From positions 1 to 37,528 of IMG/VR virus record IMGVR_UViG_3300012933_000191: a stretch of DNA of 37,528 bases; one strand, 5' to 3'. The translations under genes and the position numbers were made by a program. This document shows positions 1-8,705 of this stretch, piece after piece. This DNA is from a virus (lineage: Duplodnaviria; Caudoviricetes). The stretch's first letter is position 1. Every line of letters begins with the position of its first letter. The notes beneath the pieces are model-generated. The model saw only the letters and a program-made list of their open reading frames with translations, ran no database searches and was not told the DNA's origin.

Positions 1-122
1 CTGTCCGTTCACAAACTCAATACAAGCAAGAGTTCTTGGCTAACTTGTTCACATCGGACATGCTGTACGGCACTAAGGTGCTCCGTGCTGACGCTGGTGT
101 GTTGTTGGCTGTAGGCGCTTAA
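1..122 (+). CDS. Major capsid protein, C-terminal fragment (partial)
   Basis: Frame +3 reads VRSQTQYKQEFLANLFTSDMLYGTKVLRADAGVLLAVGA*, typical of the C-terminus of P22-like/podoviral coat proteins; followed by a terminator. Confidence 0.8.
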   Translation, partial: VRSQTQYKQEFLANLFTSDMLYGTKVLRADAGVLLAVGA

Positions 123-128
123 TAGAAC

Positions 129-161
129 AGAGAGGCCCTCACAAGGGGCTTCTCTTGTTTT
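129..161 (+). terminator. Intrinsic terminator after the capsid gene
   Basis: GAGAGGCCCT-CACAA-GGGGCTTCTC hairpin followed by TTGTTTT. Confidence 0.75.
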
Positions 162-218
162 GCAAGAGGCTTTGTCTGTTATAAACATACAAGGCCTTTT
201 CCATAACAAGGAGACTAC

Positions 219-2672
219 ATGGGAATTTACCGTGGTATTGGTGGAACAGGTGATTCCACTCCTGATGCTAACTATGCAGCAGTGACAGCTAAGGCTGTAG
301 AGGCCGCTGCTAGTGCTGCTGCTGCTGACGCAAGTGCTGACGCTGCTGCTATTTCTGCTTCTGATGCCGCAGCTTCTGCAAGCGCTGTAAGTGATGATGC
401 TGATGCAGCTGCTGCTAGTGCTTCGTCTGCTTCTGCCAGTGCGTCTGCTGCGTTAGCCGCTAAGACAGCTGCTGAGACAGCACAGACACATGCAGAGACA
501 GCTGAGACTAATGCTGAAACAGCTGAAACAAACGCAGAGACAGCACAGGCTGCTGCTGAAGCTGCTAAGGTGTTGGCTGAAAGCGCACGTGATGATGCTG
601 CTACTTCTGAAGCCAATGCTTTGCAATATGCAAGCGATGCTGCTGATAGTAATACAGATGCTGAGAATCATGCAACCGCTGCTGCTGCTTCTGCCAGTGC
701 AGCCTCTTCTTCTGCTAGTTCTGCTTCTACCTCAGCAAGCACAGCTACCACACAAGCATCTAATGCTTCTACTTCAGCAACAAATGCTGCCTCCAGTGCT
801 TCGTCTGCTTTATCGTCTAAGAATGCAGCTGCTACTTCTGAGACCAACGCAGCTTCTAGTGCTTCTTCAGCATCAAGTTCAGCTTCTACAGCAACTACAC
901 AGGCAGGCATTGCCACAACTAAAGCAGGTGAAGCTTCTACGTCAGCAAGCAATGCAGCTGCTTCTGCTTCCACCGCAACAACTCAAGCCTCAACAGCTAC
1001 CACTCAAGCTGGCATAGCCACCACTAAGGCTAGTGAGGCAGATGCTTCTGCTACTTCTGCTTCCACGTCTGCCTCTACAGCTACAGCTGCTAAGGATGCT
1101 GCATTGGCAGCGTTGGACAGCTTTGATGATAGATATTTAGGAAGCAAATCTACAGCCCCCTCTGTTGATAATGACGGCAATGCCCTTGTCTCTGGTGCTT
1201 TGTATTTCAATTCAACAACAAATGAGATGAAGGTGTATGACGGCACACAGTGGCTTAATGCCTATGCCTCTTTGTCTGGTGCTTTGCTTGCAACCAGCAA
1301 CCTTTCTGATTTAAATAACGTAGTAACAGCTAGATCAAACTTAGGCCTTGGAACAGCAGCCACAACAGCAGCCACGGACTATGCCACCGCTGCTCAAGGT
1401 ACTTCTGCTGATACAGCTTATGCTGATAGGTTGAAGTGGGACGGCGGTGCTACAGGCCTTACAGCTTCAACAGGTAGAACATCTCTTGGATTAGGCACAG
1501 CAGCTACCACAGATAGTACAGCTTATGCAACAGCTGCTCAGGGAACTAAAGCGGATACAGCTCATGGCTGGGGCAATCACGCCTCTGCTGGTTATTTAGC
1601 ATCTAGCAGCTATACAGCTTCTGATGTCTTGTCTAAACTATTAACAGTAGATGGAGCAGGCTCTGGTTTAGATGCTGATTTGTTGGACGGTAACAGCAGT
1701 GCTTATTTTTATCCAGCTTCAAACCCAAGTGGATACACAACGAATACAGGCACAGTGACATCAGTTGGTGGAACTGGTACAGTAAACGGCTTGACTTTGA
1801 GTGGCACTGTTACATCATCTGGAAACTTAACACTTGGTGGGTCGATTACAGGCTTCTTGCCATCAAGTGGTGGCACTCTGACTGGTAACTTGACAGGCAC
1901 ATCATCGTATTTTTCTTCCTACGTAAACACGGGAGGTCCCTACTATCGTGTTGCTGCTGGTACGGGGTATTTGAACGGGCAGTATCCTTCGGCTGAAAGT
2001 TCAGGCACATCTGGTGCAATTTACAGCATTGGTGGCTCATACGTTCCCGGGACAACAAACCTAGGTAACATGTATGGTATTGGCTATACGTACTCTCAGA
2101 CAGCAGGGAATCCCGGAGGTGTGCCTAGTTCAGTGTGGGGTCTTTATGGTGCGTCTGGCGGAACTGCGCGTTGGTTTTTAGATAGCGATAACGGTCGCGG
2201 CTATTTCAGCGGTGCGTTATACAGCAGCGGCGGTAATCTCGTTCTTAACGCAAGCAACTATACCTCATACGCCCCGTCTACAACAGGCTCAGGCGCCTCT
2301 GGAACTTGGGGCATTAACATCTCCGGAACTTCCAGCAACGGCATCACAACCACTGGCGGCTCTCCTCCTTATTACGGCGCAAGAGCTTGGATCACCGTTA
2401 ACGGCACTGCTTTTACTATTTACGCAAGTGCTAACGTAAGTAGTTTGACAAACTTGGGTACAGGTAACTACCGAGTAAACTTTTCAACAGCCATGCCTGA
2501 TGCTAATTATGCAATTGGCGCTTTAAGTAAACTAAACCCGAATAACACTTACAACTTGAAAGTGATTCTTGAAAACTACTCAACCAACACAACAACAACC
2601 TGCCAAATTAAAACAATGGACGGCGGTAGCACTCGAAGCGCAGAGTGGTGGTCGGCTGTATTTTTCAGATAA
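219..2672 (+). CDS. Long tail fibre / receptor-binding protein
   Basis: 817 aa; RBS AGGAG; Ala/Ser/Thr-rich repeat stalk (lambda Stf-like), duplicated LGLGTAATT..YATAAQGT.ADTA, GSGLDADLLDG motif, C-terminal ARAW...NVSSLTNLGTGNYRVNFSTAMPDANY fibre domain. Confidence 0.85.
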   Translation: MGIYRGIGGTGDSTPDANYAAVTAKAVEAAASAAAADASADAAAISASDAAASASAVSDDADAAAASASSASASASAALAAKTAAETAQTHAETAETNAETAETNAETAQAAAEAAKVLAESARDDAATSEANALQYASDAADSNTDAENHATAAAASASAASSSASSASTSASTATTQASNASTSATNAASSASSALSSKNAAATSETNAASSASSASSSASTATTQAGIATTKAGEASTSASNAAASASTATTQASTATTQAGIATTKASEADASATSASTSASTATAAKDAALAALDSFDDRYLGSKSTAPSVDNDGNALVSGALYFNSTTNEMKVYDGTQWLNAYASLSGALLATSNLSDLNNVVTARSNLGLGTAATTAATDYATAAQGTSADTAYADRLKWDGGATGLTASTGRTSLGLGTAATTDSTAYATAAQGTKADTAHGWGNHASAGYLASSSYTASDVLSKLLTVDGAGSGLDADLLDGNSSAYFYPASNPSGYTTNTGTVTSVGGTGTVNGLTLSGTVTSSGNLTLGGSITGFLPSSGGTLTGNLTGTSSYFSSYVNTGGPYYRVAAGTGYLNGQYPSAESSGTSGAIYSIGGSYVPGTTNLGNMYGIGYTYSQTAGNPGGVPSSVWGLYGASGGTARWFLDSDNGRGYFSGALYSSGGNLVLNASNYTSYAPSTTGSGASGTWGINISGTSSNGITTTGGSPPYYGARAWITVNGTAFTIYASANVSSLTNLGTGNYRVNFSTAMPDANYAIGALSKLNPNNTYNLKVILENYSTNTTTTCQIKTMDGGSTRSAEWWSAVFFR

Positions 2673-2684
2673 TAGGAGTAACAT

Positions 2685-2879
2685 ATGGAAAACTTAAGAA
2701 TTATTTATCCACTTGAAGATGGAGGTGTTGCGATTGTAATTCCAGCCCTTGATTGTGGATTAACTGTTGAGCAAATCGCACAGAAGGATGTACCAAGTAA
2801 CACTCCTTACAAAATCATTGATGTTAACACCCTTCCTCAAGACGTTGAATTTCGTGATGCATGGGAGATGTCTGAATGA
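2685..2879 (+). CDS. Putative tail fibre assembly/chaperone protein (part 1)
   Basis: RBS AGGAG; directly after the fibre gene; GGVAIVIPA...KDVP...FRDAWE pattern of fibre-associated small proteins. Confidence 0.6.
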   Translation: MENLRIIYPLEDGGVAIVIPALDCGLTVEQIAQKDVPSNTPYKIIDVNTLPQDVEFRDAWEMSE

Positions 2880-3106
2880 TTACAGTGAATATTACCAAAG
2901 CTAAGGCTATTGCTCATACCATTAGACGTGATGCAAGGGCTGAAGAGTTTAAGCCTTTGGATGAAGTGATTATGAAACAAATCCCGGGTACAGACGTTGC
3001 AGCTGTAGAAGTTGAACGTCAGGCTATTCGGGAGAAATATGCAACTATGCAAGCAGCCATCGACTCAGCACAAGCTCTAGAAGAGATTAAGGCTGTGCTT
3101 CCATGA
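2876..3106 (+). CDS. Putative tail fibre assembly/chaperone protein (part 2)
   Basis: ATGA overlap with the previous gene; ITVNITKAKAIAH..RR.AR.EEF.PLD pattern. Confidence 0.6.
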   Translation: MITVNITKAKAIAHTIRRDARAEEFKPLDEVIMKQIPGTDVAAVEVERQAIREKYATMQAAIDSAQALEEIKAVLP

Positions 3107-3297
3107 CAGACCACGTGACAACAGAAACAGGCATAGCCCTTGTAACTAAAGCAGCTCCTCCTGTCACTATAAGCCTAGCAACAGTGGCAGGTTATCAGGT
3201 AAGTGAGTTGGTCTTATGGGCCACCCTGATATACACAGCTTTGATGATTGGTCATAAGCTTATTCAGATATATAAGGATATTCGTAAGGAGAAGTAA
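3103..3297 (+). CDS. Putative holin / small membrane protein
   Basis: 64 aa, hydrophobic segment(s), basic C-terminus, first gene of the lysis cluster; ATGA overlap. Confidence 0.55.
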   Translation: MTDHVTTETGIALVTKAAPPVTISLATVAGYQVSELVLWATLIYTALMIGHKLIQIYKDIRKEK

Positions 3298-4022
3298 TGC
3301 CTTTAGCCATTCTTGCTGCTGCTAATGCAGCTGTAAAAGCAATTCAGCAAGGATGTGACCTTTACAAGGAATACAAAGGAACGGTCCTAGAAGCCAAGAA
3401 AACCATTGACACTGCTCTAGGTATTGCCAAGGAAGTTTCAGGGGCTTCTAGAGGCTTCTGGAGCTTCCTAAAGGGTAAGTTGTTTGGGGAAGAAGAGGAG
3501 AAACCACCAGATGTCAGTAAGCAGGAGATTGTACAGGAGAAGAAAGTTGTTAAGAAAGCTCCTCCTCCAGACCAAGACGAACTATCAATCACCTTAGACA
3601 TCATTGCTCAGCTGAAGATATTCTTCACATGTATGACACAGCTCAAACAGAAGCTGGCAGACGCTGAGCTACACAGCCTTGATGCTAAGAGTGATGCTGA
3701 GCTATTAAGCAGCTCAGTGGACATTGAATATGCCATGACTGAGGTGGCTAAGCTTCAGAAGCAGATTAGAGAGACGATGGTGTATCAGATTGGGGGAGAC
3801 CTCGGAGACTTATACACCAAGGTGGTCAAGAGGGTTGGCATCATTCAAGAACAACAAGAAGCAGCTAGGCTGGTGGCCTTACGTAAAAAGAAGGAAGAGC
3901 AATGGCTACGAAACAAACGAGCAGCCAAGCGTCACAAGCGTATGGCAATAGCAGCAATAGCAATATTAGTGGTGGCAGAAACATGGGGACTGATGGCGGC
4001 GATAGTGATAGCAAATACATAA
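3297..4022 (+). CDS. Coiled-coil protein with C-terminal transmembrane anchor, function unknown
   Basis: 241 aa; TAATG overlap; helical charged body; C-terminal MAIAAIAILVVAETWGLMAAIVIA. Confidence 0.7.
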   Translation: MPLAILAAANAAVKAIQQGCDLYKEYKGTVLEAKKTIDTALGIAKEVSGASRGFWSFLKGKLFGEEEEKPPDVSKQEIVQEKKVVKKAPPPDQDELSITLDIIAQLKIFFTCMTQLKQKLADAELHSLDAKSDAELLSSSVDIEYAMTEVAKLQKQIRETMVYQIGGDLGDLYTKVVKRVGIIQEQQEAARLVALRKKKEEQWLRNKRAAKRHKRMAIAAIAILVVAETWGLMAAIVIANT

Positions 4023-4135
4023 GCTTTCTCATTCTAATGACATTGCTATGGTTTATTGTTATGCCCTTTGAGCTTTACCTTTATATCAAAGTGAACAAGG
4101 CAACAGAGATTTGTTTAAAACAGGAGAGCAAATGA
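3983..4135 (+). CDS. Small membrane protein (alternative start 3902)
   Basis: YISFLILMTLLWFIVMPFELYLYI transmembrane segment; ATGA overlap with the next gene. Confidence 0.55.
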   Translation: MGTDGGDSDSKYISFLILMTLLWFIVMPFELYLYIKVNKATEICLKQESK

Positions 4136-4389
4136 ACGAAGAATATAAACAAAGATTTCAATGGTTAATGGGTCGTGTATATGCAGCTATTTGTTTAGCT
4201 GACTTTGTGCTGTTCCCAATTATGTTTACTATTGTCCAATTCTGGGAAACAGAAGCAACTAATGATGCCTTCCGTCAATGGAACCCGTCTACCCTTCAGA
4301 ACGGTGGTTTCATTCACTTAGCCTTTGGTGCTATCTTGGGTATCTCTGAGTTCATTAAGAAGGACAAGAAAGAAGAGAATGCTTCGTAA
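4132..4389 (+). CDS. Two-TM membrane protein, holin-like
   Basis: RBS AGGAG; two hydrophobic helices (VYAAICLADFVLFPIMF; GGFIHLAFGAILGI) and a charged tail; upstream of spanin and endolysin. Confidence 0.6.
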   Translation: MNEEYKQRFQWLMGRVYAAICLADFVLFPIMFTIVQFWETEATNDAFRQWNPSTLQNGGFIHLAFGAILGISEFIKKDKKEENAS

Positions 4390-4774
4390 TGTCTTTCTGT
4401 TCGTCTGCTGCCTATTGATGGCCTTCTTTGCTGGAAAGCACAAAGCAAGGTTAGAGATACAAGAAGAGGTGACACGCATTGAGACAAAGATGCAGGAAGT
4501 GACAGCAGAGGCTGATGAGAAACTAAAGAAAGAGAAGAAAGACAATGAAATCAAGATTAGCTCCCTTAAGTCTGCTGTTGCTGATGGCTCTCTCAGGCTG
4601 TATGTCCGTACCAGTACAGATTCCACCTCTGCCACAGGAGCTTCAGAAAATGGAGCCGAACTTGACAGACAGGTTGCTCAAGACCTTATCAGCATCACCG
4701 CAGACGGCGACAAAGCCATAATTCAGCTAAACAGCTGTATTGATTTATACAACAACATTAGGACAATCAAATGA
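4379..4774 (+). CDS. rz: i-spanin (Rz-like)
   Basis: N-terminal TM helix then coiled coil; contains an embedded lipoprotein gene in another frame. Confidence 0.8.
   Translation: MLRNVFLFVCCLLMAFFAGKHKARLEIQEEVTRIETKMQEVTAEADEKLKKEKKDNEIKISSLKSAVADGSLRLYVRTSTDSTSATGASENGAELDRQVAQDLISITADGDKAIIQLNSCIDLYNNIRTIK
4545..4721 (+). CDS. rz1: o-spanin (Rz1-like lipoprotein) fully embedded in Rz; absent from the ORF track
   Basis: Hand translation: MKSRLAPLSLLLLMALSGCMSVPVQIPPLPQELQKMEPNLTDRLLKTLSASPQTATKP* (58 aa); lipobox LSGC and Pro-rich mature part. Confidence 0.85.
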   Translation: MKSRLAPLSLLLLMALSGCMSVPVQIPPLPQELQKMEPNLTDRLLKTLSASPQTATKP

Positions 4775-5223
4775 ACCTCTCAGAACATTTCACCCTCGAA
4801 GAAGCCACACATAGCGACACGGCTATCCGTCAAGGCATTGATAACCAGCCCTCCACTGTCCAGTTGGAGAACATGAAGATTGCTGCTGCTGGTTTGGAGC
4901 AGCTCAGAGCCATTACAGGCCCTTTAAACATCAACTCATGGCTGCGTCTGCCTGCCGTTAACGTGGCTGTAGGCGGTTCTAAGGTGTCTTCACACATGGA
5001 TGGTTGGGCCATTGACGTGTCTAGCTCCAAGCTTACACCATATCAGCTGTGCCAAGAGGTGAAGAAGGCTGGTATTAAGTTTGATCAAATCATCCATGAG
5101 TTTGGCAGATGGATGCATATCAGCTTTGCCCCTGAGATGAGACAACAAGAACTAACCATCTTCAAACCAGAAGGTAAGTACAAACCCGGCATCTTGACAG
5201 AAGCTGAATATCATAAGGCTTGA
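4771..5223 (+). CDS. Endolysin, peptidase M15 (Zn D-Ala-D-Ala carboxypeptidase-like)
   Basis: LSEHFTLEE, NSWLR...N.AVGG...SSHMDGWAID and WMHIS motifs (H, D, H zinc ligands). Confidence 0.9.
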   Translation: MNLSEHFTLEEATHSDTAIRQGIDNQPSTVQLENMKIAAAGLEQLRAITGPLNINSWLRLPAVNVAVGGSKVSSHMDGWAIDVSSSKLTPYQLCQEVKKAGIKFDQIIHEFGRWMHISFAPEMRQQELTIFKPEGKYKPGILTEAEYHKA

Positions 5224-5224
5224 T

Positions 5225-5395
5225 ATGAAACAAACCAAGAAACAATCAGCCAAGGTGGGTAAGGTGATGCATGAATATAAAACAGGCACTCTTCACTCAG
5301 GCAAAGGTGGCAAAGTGGTCACTTCTCCTAAACAAGCCATAGCCATTAGCCTGTCAGAAGCAGGTATTTCAAAGAAAAAGAAGAAAAAGGCTTGA
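5225..5395 (+). CDS. Small basic protein (DUF6496-like); absent from the ORF track
   Basis: MKQTKKQSAKVGKVMHEYKTGTLHSGKGGKVVTSPKQAIAISLSEAGISKKKKKKA*; KVMHEYK.GTLHSG...KQAIAI.LSEA pattern. Confidence 0.75.
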   Translation: MKQTKKQSAKVGKVMHEYKTGTLHSGKGGKVVTSPKQAIAISLSEAGISKKKKKKA

Positions 5396-5420
5396 CAAAA
5401 TACCTCTATGGTGCTATAAT
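5392..5420 (+). promoter_or_regulatory. Consensus sigma70 promoter for tail genes
   Basis: TTGACA(5392-5397)-17 nt-TATAAT(5415-5420) with extended -10 TG. Confidence 0.9.
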
Positions 5421-5497
5421 AGTAACTATAGAGGTACTTAACAAGCCTTTTTAACATAATTAAGATAATAAGCTTATAAGGCTTATAAGGAACATAG

Positions 5498-6148
5498 ATG
5501 ACATACTTAGAAGCTGTCAATAGTGTACTAAGAAGACTAAGAGAAAGAGAAGTTAATTCTGTTTCTGAGACTTCCTACAGTAAACTGATTGGCGATTTTG
5601 TTAATGATGCAAGACAAGAAGTAGAGAACGCTTGGAACTGGAGCGCCCTTCGTACAACTATGTCTGTGTTTACAACAGCCGATGTGTTTAACTATGCATT
5701 GACTGATAGTCGTAATAACTTTACTGTCATTGACGTTATTAACGACACAACCAACCACTTCATGGAATATAAATCAGGTGGTGAGTTTGATAAGCTGTTC
5801 TTGCTTCCATCAGCTGTGCCTACCGGTGCTCCATTATACTATAACTGGAACGGTGTTAATAGTGATGGTGATTCTCAAGTAGATATTTTCCCAATCCCTG
5901 ATGGTGCTTATACATTGAGATTTAACCTTGTTCTACGTAATGTAGACTTAGCGGGTGATAGCGATGTAATTAAACTTCCACCAAAGCCTATTGTATTGTT
6001 AGCCTTGGCTAGAGCAATTGAAGAACGTGGCGAAGATGGTGGCAATAGCAGCCAATATGCTTTTGGTTCTGGCATGAGAGCTTTGGCAGATGAAATTGCT
6101 TTTGATGCAGCACGTAGACCAGAAGACGCTGTTTGGTATCCAGTATGA
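5498..6148 (+). CDS. Head-tail adaptor / tail tubular protein A-like
   Basis: MTYLEAVNSVLRRLRE, W.WS.LR and IFPIPDGAYTL motifs; position in the tail module. Confidence 0.75.
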   Translation: MTYLEAVNSVLRRLREREVNSVSETSYSKLIGDFVNDARQEVENAWNWSALRTTMSVFTTADVFNYALTDSRNNFTVIDVINDTTNHFMEYKSGGEFDKLFLLPSAVPTGAPLYYNWNGVNSDGDSQVDIFPIPDGAYTLRFNLVLRNVDLAGDSDVIKLPPKPIVLLALARAIEERGEDGGNSSQYAFGSGMRALADEIAFDAARRPEDAVWYPV

Positions 6149-7749
6149 GCAAAGAACTTAAATCTGCATCAGTAGGCGCTCCCGGCTTCTTTGGACTAAA
6201 CACTCAAAGCTCGGGGGCTTTGTTGTCTGACGGATTTGCCCTTGTTGCTAACAACTGTGTAATTGATAAGTATGGTCGCTTAGGTGCTCGTAAGGGCTGG
6301 ACAATGCGTACAACAAGCGGCAGCTCTGCTTTGTCTGACAACCCCATCAAGAGCATCTTTGAATATGTTAATGCTGATGGCACTATTGACTACATCAGTG
6401 GCGGTAATAACAAGTTGTTTAGAGCAGGTGTTGCAGGTGCATTGACAGACATTACACCAGCTGGCTACACTGTCACAGCTAATAACTGGCAAATGGCTTC
6501 TCTGTATGACCATTGCCTCATTGTACAGAAAACACATGAACCAATCTTATTCTCAAGAGAAACAGGAAGCCTTGTTGTTAATAAGCTGGTTAGCCATACT
6601 GGACATAGCGGCGCTTCCTATAGTAGCCCTGTCTTTGGTACAGGTACAGCTAATGGCCCTAATGCCGTTCTAGCGGCTTATGGTCGTTTCTGGGTGTTAG
6701 GTACAGACAGTAATAAAACAACTCTCTATTGGTCTACAGACATTGCTGATCTTCACTTTCCTACATTCAATACAGGAGCAGGAAGAACTTCAGGCAGCAT
6801 GAACATGTCTGCTAAGCTTCCTAATAACGTAGACGAAGCTGTCGGTATTGCTGCCCATAACGGATACATCATTGTGTTCTTTAAACAGAACATTGTCATG
6901 CTTCGTGGTAATGATGATAATTTCTCTGATCCTTCCACCATGTATGTGCAAGATGTCTTGCCCGGTGTTGGCTGCATCTCTAGAGACTCCATCCAGAAGA
7001 CAGGTAATGATGTATTGTTCCTCTCTTCTTCTGGCGTAAGAAGCCTTGGTCGTACTGTTCAAGAGAAGAGTATGCCAATGAGAGACCTCACAGCTAATGT
7101 ACGTGATGACATCTTCTCATACATTGAAGCAACGAACATGGACGAGGTGAGAAGCTGCTATTCAGAGAAGTATGCCTTCTACTTGCTTAGCTTCCCTTCT
7201 ACTGCTTCTCCTGCTGTCTATTGTATTGACCTTAGAAAGCCTTTAGAGGACGGTGCTGCACGTGTTACTTCGTGGCTTGGCTATACAGCCCCTGCTCTGT
7301 GTTCGTGTAGAAGCGGTGTGCTGTACATTGGTAAGACTAATGGTATTGGTGAATACTACGGCTATCAGGACAACGGTGTTAAATATCAATTCACATATTA
7401 CACCAACCATTTCAACTTTGAACAGCCTACAACTAATAAGATTGCTAAGAGCTTAGGTATTGTGCTTATTGGTGGCGGTGGTCAACGTCTGGTTGCTAAA
7501 CTTGGCTTTGACTTCTCCAATACATACAGCTCCTATCCTATCTCAATCTCTCAAGGAAGTTATTCGGAATATAACATAGCTGAATATAACATTGGTGAAT
7601 ACAGCTCTGGCGTGTTCATTGAGAACTCTAAGACAGCTGTTGGTGGTCAAGGAAAGACTGTCCAGATTGGCTTTGAAGCAGAAGTAAACGGTGCTCCTTT
7701 GAGTATTCAGAAACTAGATTTGTTTGTTAAAACAGGAAAGAGTTATTAA
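6145..7749 (+). CDS. Tail nozzle / stabilisation protein (P22 gp10- or T7 gp12-like)
   Basis: ~534 aa, beta-rich; GFFGLNT N-terminus and GVGCISRDSI...DVLFLSSSGVRSL motif; ATGA overlap. Confidence 0.75.
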   Translation: MSKELKSASVGAPGFFGLNTQSSGALLSDGFALVANNCVIDKYGRLGARKGWTMRTTSGSSALSDNPIKSIFEYVNADGTIDYISGGNNKLFRAGVAGALTDITPAGYTVTANNWQMASLYDHCLIVQKTHEPILFSRETGSLVVNKLVSHTGHSGASYSSPVFGTGTANGPNAVLAAYGRFWVLGTDSNKTTLYWSTDIADLHFPTFNTGAGRTSGSMNMSAKLPNNVDEAVGIAAHNGYIIVFFKQNIVMLRGNDDNFSDPSTMYVQDVLPGVGCISRDSIQKTGNDVLFLSSSGVRSLGRTVQEKSMPMRDLTANVRDDIFSYIEATNMDEVRSCYSEKYAFYLLSFPSTASPAVYCIDLRKPLEDGAARVTSWLGYTAPALCSCRSGVLYIGKTNGIGEYYGYQDNGVKYQFTYYTNHFNFEQPTTNKIAKSLGIVLIGGGGQRLVAKLGFDFSNTYSSYPISISQGSYSEYNIAEYNIGEYSSGVFIENSKTAVGGQGKTVQIGFEAEVNGAPLSIQKLDLFVKTGKSY

Positions 7750-7751
7750 AC

Positions 7752-8660
7752 ATGAGTAACTATACAAAACTTACAGCATACGATACAAAGGATGCACTGT
7801 CAACTGGTGATCCTTTAAAGCGTATTAAAGGCACTGAGCTGGATGATGAATTTGATGCCATTGCTACAGCCATTGCAACTAAGGCTGATACCACTAGCCC
7901 TTCTTTTACAACACCAGTGCTTGGTACTCCTACTTCCGGCACTTTGACAAACTGTACAGGTCTTCCAATTGTGGACGGCACTACAGGAACACTGTCTGTG
8001 GCACGTGGCGGTACAGGTGCAACGTCTCTTACGTCTGGTGCTTTGCTTAAAGGCGCAGGCACAGGTGCTATATCTGTTGCTTCAGCTGCTGACATTGTGG
8101 CTCAGATTGGCTCAACAGCTGTGGCAAATGCAACAAACGGCGGTGTTACAAGCGTGAATGCAAAAACAGGAGCTGTTCAATCAGTTATTACGCAAGGTAC
8201 ATCTACATCTGCGTCAGGCACTGTGGTTGATTTCACTGGGATTCCATCTTGGGCAAAGCGTATCACTGTAATGTTCAATAGCGCTTCTACAGATGGTACA
8301 AGTGTGGTTGTTGTACGTCTCGGTACATCATCTGGAATTACCGACAGTGGGTATACGGGTGTGGGTATTACAGCTTCAAGTGGCGGCTCTTGGAACATTG
8401 CGTCAAATACTACAGGTCTTATTATTGAATCTGGCTCAAACAATAGCGCTTCTTACGCAAGGATTGGTTCTGCTGTATTTGTAAACCAAGGCGGTAATAA
8501 CTGGGTTGGTAATTATCAAGGCGTTCAAACGTCAGCAAACTTTGGTCAATTGGGTACAACAATTGTTGGCCTGTCTGGGGTTCTTGATCGAGTTAGGATT
8601 ACCACAATCAATGGAACAGATGCATTTGATGCTGGTTCAATTAATATTTTATATGAATAA
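7752..8660 (+). CDS. Second tail fibre / tail needle-like protein
   Basis: N-terminal YTK...KD.L..GD..K.IKGTE.DDEF.AI anchor, GTL.VARGGTGAT and VTSVN.KTGAV fibre motifs, Gly/Ser/Thr-rich head. Confidence 0.75.
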   Translation: MSNYTKLTAYDTKDALSTGDPLKRIKGTELDDEFDAIATAIATKADTTSPSFTTPVLGTPTSGTLTNCTGLPIVDGTTGTLSVARGGTGATSLTSGALLKGAGTGAISVASAADIVAQIGSTAVANATNGGVTSVNAKTGAVQSVITQGTSTSASGTVVDFTGIPSWAKRITVMFNSASTDGTSVVVVRLGTSSGITDSGYTGVGITASSGGSWNIASNTTGLIIESGSNNSASYARIGSAVFVNQGGNNWVGNYQGVQTSANFGQLGTTIVGLSGVLDRVRITTINGTDAFDAGSINILYE

Positions 8661-8705
8661 GAAGTCAAAGATGGAATCATATATTAACGGAACGGTAAGC
8701 ATGTA

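Noticed and set aside
176-191. LexA box (CTGT-N8-ACAG) at the CTGTTATAAACA sites
   Set aside because: The right half-site is not at the required spacing
272-1246. Ala-rich antisense and Leu-rich alternative-frame ORFs in the tail fibre
   Set aside because: By-products of GCT/TCT/ACA repeat codons in the stalk
1340-1562. Fibre internal duplication considered as a DGR template/variable repeat
   Set aside because: In-frame protein repeat with mostly synonymous differences that are not adenine-specific; no reverse transcriptase gene
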